From contig CAVYRF010000002.1 in assembly GCA_963770895.1 (NCBI GenBank), positions 4,896,001 through 4,960,000 on the forward strand: 64,000 nt of DNA, written 5' to 3'. This document shows, in pieces, positions 61,401 to 64,000 of this stretch (position 1 is the first letter of the stretch; each line of letters begins with the position of its first letter). Made by a program: the position numbers and the translations under genes. This DNA is from an uncultured Acidobacteriota bacterium (lineage in GTDB: Bacteria; Acidobacteriota; Thermoanaerobaculia; Multivoradales; UBA5704). Below the pieces are notes generated by a model, which did not search any database, was not told the DNA's origin, and saw nothing but the letters and a program-made list of their open reading frames with translations.

Positions 61401-64000
61401 TCCCGTCCGGCGAGCCCAGGAGCTGCGACGGGACGCTGCCCAACGGCGCCGCCGGGCCGCCGAGAAAGAAGGTGTCGGGCACGATCGTCTGGATGCCGCC
61501 GCCGGTCGCACCCTCGGAGTAGATGCCGATGCCGTAGATGTTGGTGGGGTCGGGCAGGATCTCGTCGAAGTAGACCGTCTGCTCGTCGGCGCTGTAGAAG
61601 AGCACGCCGGGGCTCTGCGCCGGGCAGGTCAGGTTGAACGAGGTCAGGTAGGGCGTGCCGAGGGCGGCGAAGAGCGGCGAATGATCGGTGTCGACGGTGG
61701 CGACCGTCTCGCCCTGCTCGCTGCCGTCGCCGCCCAGCACGCGCAGCACGTAGTCGCCGTCCGCCACCACCCGGCCCAGGTCGTCCTTGCCGTCCCAGAC
61801 GAAGCTGCCGCCGGTGACGCCGGTGTAGCTGGTGCTCGCGACGTTGCGCACCGCGGTGCCCTGGGTGTCGACGATCTGGATGCTCGCGTTGGTCGTGCCG
61901 CCCAGGCGGAAGTCGAGCTCCGTCGTGTCCTGGACGCCGTCGCCGTTGGGCGAGAAGTAGCGGTTGGTGACGGTGAAGTTGCCCTGCTGCACGGTGATCG
62001 CGAGGCTCGCCTGGTTGTTGGCCTTGCTCGCTTCGACGACCGCGCCGGCGGGGTCGACGATCACGAACAGAGTGCGGTTGCCGCCGGGGCCGAGAGTCCA
62101 GGTGATGGTGCCGGGGGCGGTGCCGTTCCCCGGCAGGAGCGGGATGGTGACGGTGCCGGCCTGGGCGCCCCCGTGCGCCGGATCGCCGTCGTAGGCGGCG
62201 ACGAGCAGGTTCGGGATCGACTGCTGGCCCAGGTTGGCGACCGTCACCGTGAGGGTCACCGCCTGGCCGGGGACCGGGAAGGCGGGCGCCAGCTGCAGCG
62301 ACGCCGCGGTGATCGCAGCGTCGGGGAGCGACAGGATCGGCAGGACGATGAAGGTGGCGAGGTCGGCGCGGCTGAACAGCGACTGCTGGACGTTGGGGTC
62401 GACCGCGGCGTAGATCACCTGGCTGCCGGCGGGCGCCAGGCTGGGCGCCGTCGCGGCGGCGGTGGCGGTGCCGCCGGCCGGCACGGTGGGGATCACGGCG
62501 AGCGGCGCCAGCAGCGTGCCGCCCTGGGCGGGGTCGCCGAGGTAAAAGCCTACCTGCAGGTCGGTCACGTCCTGGACGCCGGGGTTGTGGACCACCAGGC
62601 TGGCGGTGAGCGGCCGGCCCTGGAGGCCGGGGTTGGGGGCGACGGTGAGGTCGCCGTCGCCCACCTCGATCTCGGCCTGCGTCACGGCGGCGGCGCTGAA
62701 GGCGAGCGACGCCTGGTTGTCAGCCGGGTTCGAGTCCTGGGGGAGCACCTGCACCTGGGCGGTGAAGGTGAGGTTGCCGGTCAGGTTCACCCGCCAGTTG
62801 ACCGACTCCTGGGCGCTGCCGCCGGCGGGGAGGATGACCGTGCCGGGAGTCAGCGTCTCGGTCGTGGTGCCGTCGGTCACGCTGTAGGCGACGGTCGCCG
62901 ACGGCGCGTCGACGGTGCCGTAGTTGTGGAAGGTGACCTTGAAGGTGGCTTCCTGGCCGGTGTAGGCGGGGCCCGCGAGCTGGATGTCCGCGGCGGCGAG
63001 CCCGAGGTCCAGGTTGGCGACCGTGGTGACCGAGGCCTGGGCGCTGTTGTTGCTCTTGTCGGCCTCGGAGATCAGGTTGTTGGGATCGGCGACGACCGTG
63101 TAGGTGGTGGTGCCGGGGGCCGCCAGGGTGGCCACGAAGTTGGCGACGGCGCTCGAGCGGGCGGGCAGCGCGACGGTGACGTCGCCCAGGGCGGTGCCGG
63201 TCTGCGGCGTGCCCTGGTAGAGGCGCACGTCGACGGTGGGCGCGGCGGTCTGGCCGTTGTTGTGCACCACCGCTGTAATGGCGAGCTGCACCGGCAGGGC
63301 CGAGGGCGCCGGCGGGCTGATCGAGATGTCGCTCGGCGCGATCGCCAGGTCGACGCCGGGAGGGGGCGCCGCGACGGTGATGGCCAGGGTCGCATGGTTG
63401 TCGGCCTTCGACAGCTCGGCCGTCTGGTCGTCGGGGTCGATCACCGCGTAGAGGACGTGGCTGCCGGCCTTGCCGAGCGTGTTCCAGGTGGCGGTCAGGG
63501 TGGCGGTCTGGCCCGAAGGGAGCGGCGGGATCGCCACGTCGGCGCCGATCGCGGCGCCGCCCGCTGCCGGGGCGCCGTCGTAGAGGCGCACCACGCCGGC
63601 GGGGGTGGCGACGTCGCCGTTGGACAGCACCGTCATGGTGATCGTCACCGTGTCGCCGTCGTCGGGAGCGGCGGGGGCGGCGGCGAGCGGCCCGGAGAAC
63701 GTCCAGTTGGGCAGCGTCACGCGCTGCAGGGCGGCGACCACGGCGGCGGTCGTCGCGGTGCTCCCTTCCCAGCTGCCGCTCGTCGCCTGGTGGGTGCCCA
63801 GGTAGGCGGCGGCGGAAGCGGAGTTGATCGCCGTGCCGCTTGCGAGGTCGAACGCCGCTTGCAGGGCGGCGGCGGTGTCGTGGGCGGTCGAGGGGCTGTC
63901 GCCGAAGCCGCCGTCGGGGTTCTGGCGCGCCGCCAGGAAGGCCAGGGCGCCGGCGGCGGCGGTTTGGCCGGCGGTGCTGCCGGAGGCAGGGCCTGCCAGG
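46471..64000 (-). CDS. Giant extracellular multidomain adhesin-like protein (>5,800 aa; 5' end outside the window)
   Basis: Frame stays open past GTG 63741 to the window edge (ALAFLAARQNPDGGFG). CARDB (IDPD..E..KADN), four xSPNGDG FlgD-Ig-type motifs, WSPDG propeller blades, FN3, discoidin-like, DUF11, two Calx-beta, and a C-terminal choice-of-anchor A (FNLFALGN..GRLAAGGN). Confidence 0.92.
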   Translation of the reverse strand, partial: LAGPASGSTAGQTAAAGALAFLAARQNPDGGFGDSPSTAHDTAAALQAAFDLASGTAINSASAAAYLGTHQATSGSWEGSTATTAAVVAALQRVTLPNWTFSGPLAAAPAAPDDGDTVTITMTVLSNGDVATPAGVVRLYDGAPAAGGAAIGADVAIPPLPSGQTATLTATWNTLGKAGSHVLYAVIDPDDQTAELSKADNHATLAITVAAPPPGVDLAIAPSDISISPPAPSALPVQLAITAVVHNNGQTAAPTVDVRLYQGTPQTGTALGDVTVALPARSSAVANFVATLAAPGTTTYTVVADPNNLISEADKSNNSAQASVTTVANLDLGLAAADIQLAGPAYTGQEATFKVTFHNYGTVDAPSATVAYSVTDGTTTETLTPGTVILPAGGSAQESVNWRVNLTGNLTFTAQVQVLPQDSNPADNQASLAFSAAAVTQAEIEVGDGDLTVAPNPGLQGRPLTASLVVHNPGVQDVTDLQVGFYLGDPAQGGTLLAPLAVIPTVPAGGTATAAATAPSLAPAGSQVIYAAVDPNVQQSLFSRADLATFIVLPILSLPDAAITAASLQLAPAFPVPGQAVTLTVTVANLGQQSIPNLLVAAYDGDPAHGGAQAGTVTIPLLPGNGTAPGTITWTLGPGGNRTLFVIVDPAGAVVEASKANNQASLAITVQQGNFTVTNRYFSPNGDGVQDTTELDFRLGGTTNASIQIVDTQGTAVRNVASTSYTGVTGGSFVWDGKDDLGRVVADGDYVLRVLGGDGSEQGETVATVDTDHSPLFAALGTPYLTSFNLTCPAQSPGVLFYSADEQTVYFDEILPDPTNIYGIGIYSEGATGGGIQTIVPDTFFLGGPAAPLGSVPSQLLGSPDGRLLAFDGTAAASSASGLWTVATNGAAPPAALSTDVSAELLTFDPAGQNVIVASQTGGIEVLPVGGGAARQLFDSTGDGPDSFAVTGAGAVSPDHTLLAGAGGNADSSGVWIVDLAGGGGDLIPVSGYVTSTAWSPDSQQLAVGLVGAVEVFGRDGTPLGTFAMPTDIPDFALGLPAAPSYDAPSVAVSWSSDATTLAAQLEYRSPNNCEGFERTVTIDPATGALATVAYTQVFQPGCTSFHVSVWDGHAWVDRGALHFDPRQREHRLDLGRRLRGTRGELRLRIRQTGASAATVDRVSLLSNLNRQAPTAAHRLADGRDVRAAVAALDGRTIDLHEAQMEVVWNDVLPGRLQLSLDATEGLAADQPPPATAPAAMAPAARAEAGARAGATMRPRDAATAPVEPVVYPLLTWAPNQLALALFDTADNASAADASTLFDLVAGTSAPLLPQIQGLSFQAFSPAGRYMLYSFDESGQSNSCEAAAGHTWALASLQNLTADLQIRVDPASGAEILSGTAADLHFASYQLDYENTANPGVWTPIAPPSSTPVVAGEFTAWVPPGPGSYVVRLTVRDLAGNSRTATARASSSTSPFITDLSLTPRYISPNGDGVDDTADIHYTVLQPVHLSFVFYDANANPVRTITADDDQVGESFDLTWDGTSDAGTVVPDGDYTMKVLGYQLPITVATQPPAITLGVTAAEACIGNPSQAAGQPPSILAYAPAFSAAVKDAVGLASVSVQTGVGAAPADWEPAVSGQLTAAQFENHSFRVLATDVAGNSAQQQVAPGPQQLFLSGFGNKGFSPATGQLLPVAPISCVPAIAGPGPQPPQPPLRYGEIQAPVRIQVSESVLAPMVQVFVDTQPAPASGTPDPNAWVSEPIATFYPPGSNVSQTAIPNTVFEMDWDLQNVTPGVETVARVRTVDVTATTWTSQLVQLNAIGAVLQQILDPLRFSSAVGALLTQQDLDPPRDPVMVATTSGLSGVSQISLIVTSTKDPRFNAPQTFAPVANDGTNFIFTSPEWQGCIPYQMALVVTTLPQIDPATGATVTDTITIPAEGFEFSCVALETSLEPVSPAACDAVPATARVLDLTPHSLDGTPLQLLTLSDANGIFYSVSNPTADKLYQYDFDTASTPAGTYTWQAQVTNIHGDAFLLSVPVTVEHTPPTAAFTYPLPGRSVCGIQNRVVVRGTVQDALAVGYRLTFQAADGSEVADSGVQPSDHQPGDLSTPAQVSGALGAVGDVAGTVTAQLKATNPSGWATCAATSFTVDAVVSDPSLTAGPQYFSPNGDGVDDTVTLTVAAGEPAHAGLSVVPAAYLQAGPELPTTCTATGAPPVRQIVSGVEVGTPQNVAWDGEDDNGATLADGVYQVIAGFTDDDCGNHGAAITCLILDNTPPVVAITYPSGPADPLGLVVEVQGTANDLNLASWSLEVGAGSAPQTWATLATRTSAVIGGYLGSFNTFGLTGLYTLRLTAVDLAGNTAQTTVQVNLANLSLLITDLEAQPRLFSPNGDGRLETTNILWSVGSPVTANLTVQDAGGNTVRTLLAGAAAPAGSAAAVWNGRNDAGTTVADGTYSVVLSVASATNAQYTDQQAITVQVDGTLPQVTVTRPAAGGWVTPTGSVLGAITDPTLTSWSVAITSTPQAPAWTQIATGSTAVTAAAALASLSGLTDGQYALKVDAADAAQNQTEQIIPFGVISTPPQVTLAAPAAAAVLGAVGGVVPVAGTITDAHLQSWTLQLGAGAQPATWTTLATGTTLPLPSPIFAWSLTGVASGSYVLRLEATDLAAQTASAQAAITIDNTPPVVAIATPAAGAYVTGPMNVIGTAADANLVSYQLAVASSAPGAAQLFSPVGSGTAPVTAGALASWTALPPDGPATLQLTAVDKAGNQASTQVQVNVHTHPPAAPQGVAAQVSQQSVHLSWLANSETDLAGYRLLRNGAAVDPQQLLTGTAYVDAGLSAGTYTYTLVAVDQEDLASAPSAPAQAVVDPSLPTAILSRPAGGSRVGGVVSIVGTAEKLNDFAEYRVYVTPLGSAPPNLLRTSPLAVVDEELAEWDTTAIPDNSALTIRLEAQDLQGNVAAAEITVTTDNTPPAAPTGLTATAQGTGIQVAWNPNTESDLAGYLLYRNGQLVDAVGAVVGDLTPYLLQTTSWSDANLPDGTFVYVLYALDTAGNQSAPSAPAQASLDNHPPHVVITQPAAGTAFQSTLDVVGTSADLDIASVQFQWQAAGGTAWTNLGAPLTAAPWEVLWDASSLAYGNYLIQAVATDTGGATDPAPAPIAVAHQNLVAPPAPAGLAAAVAGGTVTLTWSAATPPVAGLAGYLVTRTAADGTATQLTPAPIAATTYADQGLAAGTWSYTVTAVNTAGNASQPAGPVTAVVYAPVLAQPYTPTAASSTALAGSGAAAGAQVAGTDSGPAGSVAIPAVAADGTGSFAWNGLPLALGTNVLTVTATDASGNVSQPASVHVVAGAPPAQPTGLTATAATDGTLSVALAWNPNPAADQVIGYRLLRDGADDPAPTPVDGPLSAGASSPAASDPDGAPAAIDGDETTFWVPEAGSDPDLRNQWLEVDWPAPRLLIQVQIDWAGGPDGTPQNAGDFDLQGWDGSVWVPLAQVRGASGAQTVQTLPLSYLTGKLRLQLLPTSAEPWVAELRVYERPLTAATAATDAPANGNHSYQVVAVGPLGLESQPSAAAAVAVANAGPPAVTLAGAAVGASVGLTWTASADANLAFYQVLREGTQIATVTAPTTAYTDTGRPNGTWHYTVVAVDTAGNAGPPSNTVAVTVAVAPPPAGLAPVLTFPAISTLAFATTGATADLAGTAAPGATVVLTPPAGTGGTRSTQAAAAVATADAGAAPGAPAVPSPDGRYLLLPQTGQQVVLYDFQGAGGGASLTLPAAANGLAGGWLADGSGLLLLSGSGEIDSYRFAGAVRTAVATMDWVASVAAAPDGLRLAAVGSVGGQSGLWIFDPTAPAAAGWTLVAAIDPSLAPGIAAPVWSPEGSWLAYLGPLPAGGTGGAGGSGGATGLVVVQTAAPNAAALVEANPGSGRPGFTPDGSAVAFTQAQAAGGEKVRLATVGSGAAVDLTDVEAGPLLPQLSPDGTGFAYAGVAGLMVAPLAPFAGGSAPGSVLSDLGGNDAADVAWVPGGYLVADAGDELRIAPAGRFTFAGQQLQLGPNTFTATATDAAGNVSAPSAPRQVDRLAANLPDLAIAPADMAVIPAAPLPGQALRISATVHNQGPADAPATTLALTAYGPGGAQVQLAAALAVPAIPAGSAATLYQDGAIAGPVGAWTLAAQIDPQGLVQELRKDNDQAQIAFQVVAAGPPTVAIATDQASYQPSSTVTASVTVWNGSAPWSGQAVVTIEDSQGNAVTTLPALAVGQLAYGQRWTQQTTWNTGATFAGSYLADVKLEDGQGSVVAEAVAPFTIVTVAQLTAAVATDSTTYPVGASVHVTAQVGYPTGDAALTGVAVHLQVLAPAAAGSGAAPAVLGDWTRALGTLLPGGQGAVSVDWPSGTTAAGTYQVAMTVLDGGQAAAAAGTQFSLTAAAAAVTGTLSLNDRAPSAGSTLAASYGVTNPGAALAGVAVRVRVLDAASGHELARQSATLDLGAGATVAGSASFDTTTLGLGGRLAVLEADLPAAGGSGGGGGATQTVTLAVVGFTIYDRTPPAVTITQPAAGAAVGGAFQVIVTVRDPLSAVTAVAVSLDGGAWQPAAPADPTAGTYRLALTGVAAGAHTLTAQATDAAGNSAQSAAVAVTVSSAPPVITITGVAQGGLYDTAVTPVVTITAATATYSATVTLDGQPFTSGTAVAAPGSHTLAAAVTDAAGNQASASVTFTIDTTPPAITITGVAQGGLYNTAVTPVVTVTDAYSATQTITLNGQPFASGTAVTAAGSYTLAVTATDAAGNQASASVTFAIDKTPPVISVTGVGTGGVYGTTVTPVVTVTDSHPGTQTITLNGQTFTSGTPVSAEGSYTLAVSATDAAGNQSSLTVTFALDKTPPVITVGGVTNGATYTAPVTPVVTVTDAHPGTVTATLNGQPFVSGTQVSAAGNYQLQVAAVDAAGNQSQAGVSFAIEAAAPPALTFTKTAALLVDADGNGVVSPGDTLKYTLTLTNTGGPANAVTVTDAIPANTNLVAGSITASQGTVAGQNPVQVTVGTVLGSAPVTITFQVVIANPLPAGVSAVSNQASAAVQGLPTLLSDDPSTPQAGDPTVTGVTLPLSLSVADTTVTSPASGSVPALFPVSLSAPAPTAVSVQYAAVAGTAAAWVDFLPVAGTLTFSPGTVQQDVLVPVLADPQLAGAASFNLQLSQPQGAALARGTALGTIQAGPACASPNLLANPGAELPTASDLIPDWDLVAGTTWQVGSAPPAPFAGDDDFLTQDAAGEIKQDVDLSAWAQKIASAGGQTFAFQGALLTGNAGGGAAASTARIVVEYRDAANVNVLGSYDSGWTASAQGWLAVADQRQAPAGTGWVRVRLLSQLPAGGGGTAWFDGLSLVAVETPALAALDAAALSPAAGQSEPVVVQVKLSCAASQAVTVHYATVDDTAVAGTDYQTASGTLTFAPGTVEQSVQVTALGIAGDTVDRQFQVVLTQPAGAAVAKSAAQVVLLPRPFCPQPPAYWRHHLESWTASTLTLGGVAYGQGAVLGILGYAGNDPLWLLAQQLAATTLDLAAGGATGGQTAAANADAFLAQHAIGTTLAGSDPQTAASLTAALVSYDSGTCPLVCSADPLGAAGRFNLFALGNVTQSGTDTQGRLAAGGNATLASYSVGQSLTATGGTDDVLIAGGSLSFNGGTVSHGNAVYGSALSLTSVNIPNGTARHDQPLDFAGTGRALTILSTYWSTLAANGTTTVQPWKAIQLAGTDPTLNVFSVHGSDLAAAVSFSIQVPAGSTALVNVNGTADQMQNFGFQLTGVTASQVVYNFYQATTLSLSGIGVPGTVLAPRAAVTFSNGNINGSLVGASVSGGGQSNESLFTGCLPVGH
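49200..50140 (-). repeat. Four tandem ~79-aa Ig-like repeats
   Basis: PP.I...GV..G..Y...VTPVVT.T....TL.GQ.F.SGT.V...G...L.....DAAGNQ units spaced 237-240 bp apart. Confidence 0.8.

Overview
High-GC bacterial window; the small-peptide leader style hints at Acidobacteriota/Thermoanaerobaculia, which is an inference. Almost all of it is one minus-strand polymorphic-toxin locus. A giant (>5,800 aa, 5' end outside the window) extracellular multidomain protein sits 23 bp upstream of a ~4,000 aa signal-peptide-bearing RHS toxin. The giant protein has prenyltransferase/squalene-oxidase-like repeats, CARDB, FlgD-Ig, beta-propeller, FN3, Ig, DUF11, Calx-beta and a choice-of-anchor A domain. The toxin has a degenerate transglutaminase-like domain, Ig, DUF6531, RHS cage, glycine-zipper pre-toxin and a C-terminal toxin. 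A four-level nested IS stack (ISAzo13 > IS66 > IS21 > IS256, all target duplications intact) sits exactly at the toxin stop codon and separates it from its immunity gene. Downstream is a ~26 kb orphan array: kilobase-scale duplicated pieces of the RHS gene, at least five further toxin tips (two Ntox28, a YwqJ-like deaminase, two His-rich putative RNases), about ten immunity-type genes, and a second IS256. The left end carries a RiPP-precursor-like peptide and the start of an acyl-CoA synthetase. Domain names come from motif recognition, not database searches.
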